Source: Candidatus Bathyarchaeota archaeon (lineage in GTDB: Archaea; Thermoproteota; Bathyarchaeia; Bathyarchaeales; Bathycorpusculaceae). From it: 64,000 bases of DNA. Positions 18,627-25,820 of the stretch are shown here, in pieces. The translations under genes were made by a program, and so were the position numbers. Within the stretch, counting starts at the first letter, position 1. Every line of letters starts with the position of its first letter. The notes under the pieces are model-generated. The model ran no database searches. It saw only the letters and a list, made by a program, of their open reading frames with translations, and was not told the DNA's origin. The stretch covers positions 1,280,001 to 1,344,000 of the forward strand of contig OY970280.1 in assembly GCA_963715865.1 (NCBI GenBank), given 5' to 3'.

Positions 18627-19628
18627 TTACATCTTAAATTCCTTAGCCGTATCCATGTACATTTGCGCGCAACAATAAGAAGAAAACGAAGCCTTGTAAC
18701 CCTTCCCTTGCACATATTTGACGGCTTCTTCGCTTGGGAAAGCAACTGCGTCCACTCCAGCCTTTAACGCTAAAACATCTATCAGGCTACGGGATGCGCC
18801 TTTTGGACGCATGCACCCTAAAATCAATGGGATTTCAGGAAACATCAATCGTGCCACCGATGTGACTTTAGCTATGTCGACTGGTTTGGGCGGCGGTACT
18901 TTTGCCATGGCTGTTCCATGTATAGGCATGAACGCTATTATTACTAAGGCAGAAGGCTTAACTTTCCTTATCATTCTGAGCGCTTCTAGTTCGCCATCTA
19001 ATTTGCCCTCGTTTAATCCAACGATAACATGAGGCACAAAATTTAATTCTGCATTATGCAGAGCCATGAGCGAATCCACATAATCCTGAACGGTAACTTT
19101 AAGGTTGTAAATTTTCCCCAACGTTTCTTCTGAGCCAATTACATCAATTAACGCTGCATCAACCATAGCATCCTTAAGCGAAACGGCGGTTTCAAGATTT
19201 ATTATGCCTGTGTGCACAAAAACGGTTAAGCCAAGTTCGCGCTTGATTCCCCTAAGCGCAGGCACGAACTTGTTAAGAGGCACGGAACCATCAGGCAAGC
19301 ATCCGCCGCTGACAAGGCAACCTTGAGCACCCTCCTGTTTCAGCTTCAAGCATAACTCAAACAGTTCCTTGGGCGATAGCGCTGGATGCATGGTTTCAAG
19401 CACTTTGCCCCCGCAATGTTTGCAATTCAACGCGCAAGATGTACCAGTAACGGAAATAGTTGGAAAATTGGTTGGGGAGGAACAGTAATATTTTGTTTTG
19501 TAGTAGGTGAAGCTTGGGGCGTAAAAGCGGATTTCTTTTGGCTTCGGCGTAAAGAAGCCTGATTCCAGTAAGCTTAAGAGTTCTTTTTCGTTTAAGTTCC
19601 AAATTGTTTTGGGAGAGAGCTGAGGCAT
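18627..19628 (-). CDS. lipS1: Radical SAM protein, LipS1-type archaeal lipoyl synthase subunit
   Basis: CALNCKHC (CxxxCxxC), plus GCMR and C-terminal CC motifs described for LipS1. Confidence 0.7.
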   Translation of the reverse strand: MPQLSPKTIWNLNEKELLSLLESGFFTPKPKEIRFYAPSFTYYKTKYYCSSPTNFPTISVTGTSCALNCKHCGGKVLETMHPALSPKELFELCLKLKQEGAQGCLVSGGCLPDGSVPLNKFVPALRGIKRELGLTVFVHTGIINLETAVSLKDAMVDAALIDVIGSEETLGKIYNLKVTVQDYVDSLMALHNAELNFVPHVIVGLNEGKLDGELEALRMIRKVKPSALVIIAFMPIHGTAMAKVPPPKPVDIAKVTSVARLMFPEIPLILGCMRPKGASRSLIDVLALKAGVDAVAFPSEEAVKYVQGKGYKASFSSYCCAQMYMDTAKEFKM

Positions 19629-19795
19629 AGTTTTCTATCTGAAGAATTCTTTGCCTTGCTTAATAGGTTGCCTAGTAAACCTTGAACCTCTCGAGTAAGA
19701 AGCGCAAAAACGAAGGCTAACAATGGTGGGCACACACACAAAACTGTCTTAGCTCAATTTCTGCTGCCCGCACCAAGGGTATGCACACAAGGCTT

Positions 19796-19820
19796 GGTTC
19801 AAATCCTGTCGGCAGCACCA
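19796..19820 (+). pseudogene. tRNA 3'-end fragment (T loop, acceptor strand, CCA)
   Basis: GGTTCAAATCCTGTCGGCAGCACCA; upstream does not fold into D or anticodon arms. Confidence 0.5.
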
Positions 19821-19871
19821 GCGTATATACACACGATAAAACAGAAATTGTTATCAACCGCTTGCAAAAAG

Positions 19872-20258
19872 TTACGGCTGGAATTCGTAGTGCTCGGTTC
19901 CGCCCTGCCACGAAATCGTTATCGTAGCGTTCGCGCTGATGTCGGATGGTGTCCATATGTATTCGTCCGTCCAGCCTTTGGTTACTTCGGGCACCGTTTT
20001 AAATGGCATGTCTCCGTTGTTCAGATAGAGATTTACGTTCTGCAGAGCGCTTGTACCGTTGTAGGCGAACGTGAAGTTCCAGCTTACAACTTCGTAGCCG
20101 CCGCCTACTGATTCCGTGTTTTGCTGTTTTCCCGTGACGGTGAACAGCGGTGATGGGGGCACGCTCAAGAACATTATCACCAAAACTGCCGCGACTACCA
20201 CAACTATCACGGTTACGACTCCGCCTATTACGAGTTTTCTGTTCATTATCTCGCCCAT
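19872..20258 (-). CDS. N-terminally anchored small extracellular beta protein
   Basis: RKLVIGGVVTVIVVVVAAVLVIMFL anchor, then beta-rich domain with NxS/T sequons. Confidence 0.7.
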   Translation of the reverse strand: MGEIMNRKLVIGGVVTVIVVVVAAVLVIMFLSVPPSPLFTVTGKQQNTESVGGGYEVVSWNFTFAYNGTSALQNVNLYLNNGDMPFKTVPEVTKGWTDEYIWTPSDISANATITISWQGGTEHYEFQP

Positions 20259-20327
20259 TCCCTCTTAAACAATATTCTGTTTACATGTATTTTGGACTCT
20301 ACCGTTTCAGGTTTTATGACTTGACAC

Positions 20328-20405
20328 TGGTGGGCCGAGCCGGATTTGAACCGGCGACCTTTCGATTATCAGTCGAACGCTCCAGCCGTGCTGAGCTACC
20401 GGCCC
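20328..20405 (-). tRNA. tRNA-Ile(GAU), CCA encoded
   Basis: GGGCCGG acceptor, UUCGA-CUGAUAA-UCGAA anticodon arm, GCCGG-UUCAAAU-CCGGC T arm. Confidence 0.97.
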
Positions 20406-20423
20406 ACTTTAGGGGCGACACAA

Positions 20424-20470
20424 GTTTAATATTATGTTGGTTTATAAGAATTTTCATAAATCTTTTAATG
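20424..20470. promoter_or_regulatory. Divergent promoter region of tRNA-Ile/tRNA-Arg
   Basis: AT-rich boxes TTTAATATT, TTTATAA, TTTTAAT about 20-35 nt from each tRNA start. Confidence 0.4.
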
Positions 20471-20499
20471 CCGCTCCATTATTGTGTTGTCAAAGGGTT

Positions 20500-20575
20500 G
20501 GGCTCGTAGCCTAGCACGGATTAAGGTGTCGGCCTTCGGAGCCGGAGATCGTGGGTTCAAATCCCACCGGGCCCG
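20500..20575 (+). tRNA. tRNA-Arg(UCG), no encoded CCA
   Basis: GGGCUCG/CGGGCCC acceptor, UCGGC-CUUCGGA-GCCGG anticodon arm, GUGGG-UUCAAAU-CCCAC T arm, G73. Confidence 0.96.
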
Positions 20576-20722
20576 CTTATTTTCTTCAATGGCTAAGAAG
20601 CGCTATCGAGGTTTTTTGAATCCGACTTTTTGCCTGATGCCACGATGCCATACCTAAACGGGTACAGAGTGGGGGTTTTGATCGCCTTAAAATTTAAATC
20701 AAGCAAGCAAGCACTAACTTAG

Positions 20723-20818
20723 TAGGTGAGAGATGCCTGCTCAACGATTGGAACATTTTCCCCTCTCTTCCTGAATCAGGGGTTTTATTTTCCAGTCGCC
20801 GAGTAGGCAACTCACCTA
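20723..20818 (+). ncRNA. Candidate 96-nt long-hairpin ncRNA
   Basis: Nested stems TAGGTGAG/CTCACCTA, TGCCTGCTC/GAGTAGGCA, CGATTGGAA/TTCCAGTCG, CCCCT/AGGGG; TTTAAAT at 20693 upstream, T-run downstream. Confidence 0.55.
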
Positions 20819-20898
20819 ATTTTTTCTTTTAAAAGTTCAAATATATTTAGAGTTTTCTTATGTGAACGACGTTTTTCAAGTGTCGTTCCGACACTATT

Positions 20899-20925
20899 TG
20901 GGTTCAAATCCCACTGGACCCGCTT
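20899..20925 (+). repeat. Direct repeat of tRNA-Arg 3' end (att-like)
   Basis: TGGGTTCAAATCCCACTGGACCCGCTT vs 20552..20578 TGGGTTCAAATCCCACCGGGCCCGCTT, 25/27 identical. Confidence 0.85.
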
Positions 20926-21025
20926 TCTGACTTTTGCCTTCTTGTAAATTGAGTCTTTTTGGTTTAAGCAAATCTTAAATCTGTCCGCATAACCCTAAGA
21001 AGAATACAATGAAGGGAGAGATAGT

Positions 21026-21976
21026 ATGGTGGACGCAATCCAAATCATAGCAATAGTGATACCCTTAGTTGTAATCATATACGCAATCATTTCGTCACTC
21101 CGCATCGTTAGACCAACAGAAAAAGGCTTAGTGGAGCGGGTTGGCAAATACCACAGGTTCGTTCAAGGAGGCATAACATTTCTTGTGCCCTTCGTGGACC
21201 GTATAATAAAAGTCAACATCACCGAACGCATGACGCCCGTGCAGCGCCAAGATGTAATAACCAAAGACAAAGTCTTCATGGGCGTAGACGCCGTAGTATT
21301 CTACAAAATTAAACTCGACGAAACCTCGGTGAAAGCTTCACAGTACAATGTGGCAAGCTTCGCAGACCAAATAGACACTCTTGCCCGAACAGTACTCAGG
21401 GACATCATAGGCGGCATGGACATGGCCATAGCCAACACTTCCAGACCTGTAATCAACGTCAGCCTCAAAACAGCCTTAGATGAGCAGACGGAGAAGTGGG
21501 GCATTGAAATCGTACGAGCAGAAATCAAAGATTTGGAGCCGCCGAAGGAACTCATTATATCTATGGAGTCTGTCCTCAAAGCAGATAACGACAGGCAGGC
21601 AGCTGAGAAAACGGCGATTGCTCAAGCTACCTTGGCGAGCGGACAGAAAAACGCTGCGATTCAAGTTGCAGAAGGACAGAAGCAAGCCGCCATCCTCCAA
21701 TCAGAAGGTCAGAAAACCGCCACCATCGCCATAGCTGAAGGGGACGCCCAAGCAACCAAGCTGAGGAACGAGGCTTTGACCACGTACTTCAAGGACAGCG
21801 CCGTTGTCTTCAAGCAGCTGGAAACGATTGCAACAGCTTTGCAGAACAACACCAAGATAATTGTCCCCGAAGGCAAAGCGATTTCACTAATCCTAAATGA
21901 GCAAGAAAACCTTTCAAAAGCAACTATCATCCCAGTAACACAGCCACAGCAACAGAAAAACAGCAAACAGATGTAG
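21026..21976 (+). CDS. SPFH/band-7 (stomatin/QmcA-like) membrane protein
   Basis: N-terminal TM, LVERVGKY, QDVITKD, WGIEIVRAEIKD, A(E)GQK coiled-coil repeats. Confidence 0.93.
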   Translation: MVDAIQIIAIVIPLVVIIYAIISSLRIVRPTEKGLVERVGKYHRFVQGGITFLVPFVDRIIKVNITERMTPVQRQDVITKDKVFMGVDAVVFYKIKLDETSVKASQYNVASFADQIDTLARTVLRDIIGGMDMAIANTSRPVINVSLKTALDEQTEKWGIEIVRAEIKDLEPPKELIISMESVLKADNDRQAAEKTAIAQATLASGQKNAAIQVAEGQKQAAILQSEGQKTATIAIAEGDAQATKLRNEALTTYFKDSAVVFKQLETIATALQNNTKIIVPEGKAISLILNEQENLSKATIIPVTQPQQQKNSKQM

Positions 21977-22090
21977 AAGATGCGTTAAGTAGGCTCTGAC
22001 GTAGGGACTCACACCAGTTTTGAGGCTAAGAGCTGATTAAAAAATAAAAAAATAGCTAATTTCTAAAAAAATGATTTCTATCGCTTGGTT

Positions 22091-22216
22091 TTATAGTCCA
22101 TCTACTAAATGGGCTGTTCCGTCTGGGCAGTAGACACAATTGCCTTTTTCAACGACGAAGTAGCGTCTACTGCACGGTTTCATTTGGGAGCATCCGTCGC
22201 AGTCTCTTGATAACAT
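22091..22216 (-). CDS. 41-aa Cys/His micro-protein, paralogue of 8451..8585
   Basis: MLSRDCDGCSQMKPCSRRYFVVEKGNCVYCPDGTAHLVDGL; SD AGGAGG. Confidence 0.85.
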   Translation of the reverse strand: MLSRDCDGCSQMKPCSRRYFVVEKGNCVYCPDGTAHLVDGL

Positions 22217-22248
22217 TTCTTTTCCTCCTATTGTTATTGTGATTTTTT

Positions 22249-22315
22249 GAGGGGCAAGCGAACGCATGTTTGCCGAACTGGCACCCTACCGGTTCGCACA
22301 TGAGCCTTTTGCCTC
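22249..22315. other. GC-rich stem-loop upstream of the 41-aa micro-ORF
   Basis: CGAACTGG/CCGGTTCG, CATGT/ACATG and GAGG(GG)CAA/TTGCCTC stems; alternative GCGAAC/GTTCGC pairing. Confidence 0.45.
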
Positions 22316-22442
22316 TGATAAAGCCACACAGAGATGGAAAAGTCTCTTTTAAACGTTATCCCTATTTTAGCATTAATCATAAAATTTAATGTGAAAATAA
22401 GAGTGCGATTTGTAAAAGGTTTGGGTTAGGCAATTTATAGAA

Positions 22443-22964
22443 TCAGAAGGTTTCTTTATGCACTATTTCGCTTAGAGGTCTTCTGCTTCTTGCTACTGGT
22501 GCCTCGTTTGGGTATCCTATTGGAATCAAAGCTACTGGCCGCATTTCTTTAGGAGCCTTAATGACTTTTCTAACCTCATCCTCGTTGAATGCTCCAACCC
22601 AGCATGAACCTAAACCAAGCGAGTAAGCGGTTAACAAGATGTTTTGAACTGCCGCTGCAGTATCTTGAAGGCAATACAATGTTTTACCACGTACATCATA
22701 GCTTTCTGCGGCACGTTTTTCGTCAGCGCAAACCACAATGACGACTGATGCTTCTTCCAGGTCTTTTTGGCTGAACGCTGCCTTGGAAAGTTCCTGCTTA
22801 GTTTTTTGAGTGGTTGCAACTACGAATTCCCATGGTTGAACGTTTCCAGCCGACGGTGCCCACCTTGCGGCTTCAAGAAGTTTTTCAATGGCACCTTGTG
22901 GTAAATCTTGTTTTTTGTAGGCTCTTATGCTTCTTCTTTTCTTAATTACTTCTAAGAGGTCCAT
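22443..22964 (-). CDS. Nitroreductase-family flavoprotein
   Basis: KRRSIRAY, WAPSAGNVQPWEF, QNILLTAYSLGLGSCWVG, IPIGYP. Confidence 0.95.
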   Translation of the reverse strand: MDLLEVIKKRRSIRAYKKQDLPQGAIEKLLEAARWAPSAGNVQPWEFVVATTQKTKQELSKAAFSQKDLEEASVVIVVCADEKRAAESYDVRGKTLYCLQDTAAAVQNILLTAYSLGLGSCWVGAFNEDEVRKVIKAPKEMRPVALIPIGYPNEAPVARSRRPLSEIVHKETF

Positions 22965-23076
22965 ACTCCAATGACTCCGCTAGGAATCATTTGTTTGAGG
23001 CATAATAACCGTTTCTTTCAGGTAGCATGCGGTTTTTAGCGTAAGAGTCTTAAGTTTTGTTGTCGATTAATGTTTT

Positions 23077-23140
23077 GGATGATGAGCACTAGAGTCACAG
23101 AGCCAAGCGCAGTGATAATGACTCGACGGGCGAACTGACA
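23077..23140 (+). ncRNA. Box C/D guide sRNA
   Basis: C box ATGATGA 23079-85, D' CAGA 23098-101, C' GTGATAA 23112-18, D box CTGA 23135-38; canonical spacing. Confidence 0.8.
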
Positions 23141-23221
23141 CGTTCAAGCGGAAAACTTATCAATAGAGCAGTTATGAAAAACTAAGCTAAATGTAAGTTA
23201 ATAGGCGCGACAGGAATCGAG

Positions 23222-23515
23222 GTGAACATAAAAATGGTTGAAATGAAAGTCGATGCTTCAGAGCTTAAAGGTGATGAAACTAAATTAATCGAGAAACTAG
23301 CGGATTTCCTTAAGGAAAAAACAGGCGGAGAAGTAGTCACAGAAGCAAAAACTGTAACGGTGAAAGGCGAAGGCGAAGCGCTAAGCAAGAAATACGTGCG
23401 TGTGACACTGAAAAAGTTCCTGCATAAGCATGAGCTCTCAGAGTCTTTCAGAGTTATAAGCAACGAAGAGAACACGCTTAAAATTAAAGAGAGAAAGCTC
23501 AACGAAGAAGATTAA
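23222..23515 (+). CDS. rpl22e: Ribosomal protein eL22 homologue; likely start ATG 23234
   Basis: LSKKYVRVTLKKFLHKHELSESFRVISNEENTLKI aligns with eukaryotic eL22 [26 protein letters not shown]; acidic C-tail. Confidence 0.8.
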   Translation: MNIKMVEMKVDASELKGDETKLIEKLADFLKEKTGGEVVTEAKTVTVKGEGEALSKKYVRVTLKKFLHKHELSESFRVISNEENTLKIKERKLNEED

Positions 23516-23664
23516 CAGCTTTTTCATCCTTAAACAGTCAATTTTTACTCTTTTCTAATTTAAAACAGCGATAGCTTAAGCTGTCCATTCCCTGAACAGC
23601 CTGTTCCAAAGCTTAGCATTAAATCAAAAAACCGCTAACTTTAACATAAACACGCATAAACAGG

Positions 23665-23856
23665 TTGAGGCTTAAGTTGAACAACAAAAACGTCGCCATA
23701 GGCACAGTGATAATCTTAGTTTCAGTCATAACTTTCATAGCCTTCTTTACCGAAACTTACACGACACTCCTAAGCATCAACCCAGCAGCCGCCATGGTAG
23801 CCATAACCGTAGCCGTAATAGGCATAGTATGGTTCAAAAAAACAACCAAATCTTAG
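23665..23856 (+). CDS. Small 2-TM membrane protein
   Basis: 63 aa, two hydrophobic helices, basic termini. Confidence 0.55.
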   Translation: MRLKLNNKNVAIGTVIILVSVITFIAFFTETYTTLLSINPAAAMVAITVAVIGIVWFKKTTKS

Positions 23857-24063
23857 GGATTAGGGGACATAGCAGCAACCATGCCTGCACCAAGCCTGAA
23901 CGCTTCAAAAACGACTGACGGTTTCTTTACCTAATTTGTCCTGCACCCTCTGCATGGCTCCACATCCATCTTGAGCAGAGCTGATTTTTTTCAGTTTTCC
24001 ATTCAGTTAACATGAAGAAATAAAAGAAACTTTCCAAGTAAGTTAAGACTGAGTGGGAACAAT

Positions 24064-25032
24064 ATGACTAGCAACCGCCTTAATGACAGCAACGAATTTG
24101 TTGTTCTTCGCAACGTGACGAAAAGCTTCGGTAGTTTCCGCGCATTAAACGGCATATCCTTCGGGATAAAAGAAGGAGAAATCTTTGGTTACATTGGTCC
24201 CAACGGTGCTGGAAAAACCACCACTATGAAAATCCTTGTTGGCTTAATCAGCGATTTCCAAGGCGAAGTGTCTATAGGCGGATACCAAGTGCCAAAGAAG
24301 AAGGACGAAATTCATAAACTGCTGGGTTATCTTCCCCAGACCGTTGCCTTCCAAGAGTGGCGCACCGTGAACCACGCACTTAAGACGCTTGGGAAGCTTT
24401 CAGGTCTAAGCGATGCGGAAGTTGAAGGACGTATTCCTAAGATTTTGGATTTGCTCGGTTTAGCCGATGTGCGGCACAAGAAGATTTCTCAGTTGTCTGG
24501 CGGCATGACCCAGAAGGTTGGGTTGGCGCAGGCGCTTCTTCATGAGCCGAAGCTTCTGGTTTTGGATGAGCCGCTGGGTGGGTTGGACCCGCTGAGCCGC
24601 CACCAGTTTAAGGATATTGTTTTGAAACTTGGACAGAAAGGCACTACCGTCCTGTTTTCCTCGCATATTCTCAGTGACGTCCAAGATCTTGCTGACCGAA
24701 TCGGCATTATAAATCGCGGAAAAATCAAGCAGGTTGGCACGTTGAACGAGTTGAAGTCCCGTTTGTCCTCTCAGAAGACTGTTGAAGTCCTGCTGTCGTA
24801 TGTCAGCGACAAATGGCAGGAATTTGGCGCCATCAAGAACGTGAGGGGTGTGGAGCAGCCTTCGCCTGGCAGAGTCTTGGTGAATCTTGAAACGAGCGCG
24901 GATGAAGACCAAGTTGTTAACGACATTGTTCAAAGCATAGTCAAGTTGGGCATTCGCGTACGAGGCATCACTTTGTTGGAACCTTCGCTGGATGAAATTT
25001 ACCTCAACTATGTTCAGGAGGCAGAGAACTGA
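24064..25032 (+). CDS. ABC transporter ATP-binding protein (ABC-2/drug-exporter type)
   Basis: GPNGAGKTT, LSGGM, LLVLDEP, SSH. Confidence 0.96.
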   Translation: MTSNRLNDSNEFVVLRNVTKSFGSFRALNGISFGIKEGEIFGYIGPNGAGKTTTMKILVGLISDFQGEVSIGGYQVPKKKDEIHKLLGYLPQTVAFQEWRTVNHALKTLGKLSGLSDAEVEGRIPKILDLLGLADVRHKKISQLSGGMTQKVGLAQALLHEPKLLVLDEPLGGLDPLSRHQFKDIVLKLGQKGTTVLFSSHILSDVQDLADRIGIINRGKIKQVGTLNELKSRLSSQKTVEVLLSYVSDKWQEFGAIKNVRGVEQPSPGRVLVNLETSADEDQVVNDIVQSIVKLGIRVRGITLLEPSLDEIYLNYVQEAEN

Positions 25033-25691
25033 TGAAACTCGGGCTACTTTTTGTGGACGAGTTGCGGGGATTCTACAAGTCTAAAGTCATGATTTTCCTG
25101 TGGATAGGCTTGCCTATAATTGCGTTGCTGTTTCGCTTCGTGTCGGAAAGCAGTTCGAATATTCCGTTTACTCTTGTTTCTTCAATTGTAGTTTCTAGCC
25201 TAGCGGGAACTTTGGCTTCAGTCATGCTTGCGGTCTTCATAATTAACGAGAAAAACAGGCACGTCTACGAGCTGTTCCTGATTAGACCTTTAAAACGGAG
25301 AGACATCATACTGGCAAAGTTCTTCTCCGTGTACACCTGCGTCGCCATTGCGAGTCTCATAGCAGTTTTGGCAGGAATGATAACGGATTACGCCACCACG
25401 GGCACGTTGTCCATGACGATTCTGAACAATGCGGGGCAGTCTTTGGCAACAAGCTTATCGATGATTGCGGTTTCATGTGCTGCTGGAGTGCTTATCGGAG
25501 TCGCTTCACCCTCTGTTCTGGTCGGAGCCATACTGGTCATTTATGGTGGAAACCAGATTTCAGTTATTCCGCTGGTGCCGACTCTGCTCAGCTTACAAGA
25601 CGCAACAGTGTTCACAATTGTCCTTGCAGGGGCTACGGCTGCGGGGTTGCTTGCTGCAGCAGTAGCATTGTTTGAAAGAAAACAGTTCTGA
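25032..25691 (+). CDS. ABC-2-type permease
   Basis: 6 TM, EKNRHVYELFLIRPLKRRDIILAKF; start overlaps ATPase stop. Confidence 0.88.
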   Translation: MKLGLLFVDELRGFYKSKVMIFLWIGLPIIALLFRFVSESSSNIPFTLVSSIVVSSLAGTLASVMLAVFIINEKNRHVYELFLIRPLKRRDIILAKFFSVYTCVAIASLIAVLAGMITDYATTGTLSMTILNNAGQSLATSLSMIAVSCAAGVLIGVASPSVLVGAILVIYGGNQISVIPLVPTLLSLQDATVFTIVLAGATAAGLLAAAVALFERKQF

Positions 25692-25820
25692 GAGCAAGGC
25701 AAGGCGGCCTGTCGTGCTCTCTGGCAGCTATTCCCCTCTTTATGTAGAGTTTAGAATTTAGAAAAGCAATTTTGTGAAAAAAGTAAGATTTGGAAAAGAA
25801 GATATAGATTGGTGTGGCGG

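Noticed and set aside
22270-22330. SAM-I riboswitch resemblance (UUAUCAGAG...GGUGCCA) or H/ACA RNA
   Set aside because: Only about 27 nt between the motifs, no GGCAAC or P2 K-turn; no K-turn or adjacent ACA for H/ACA
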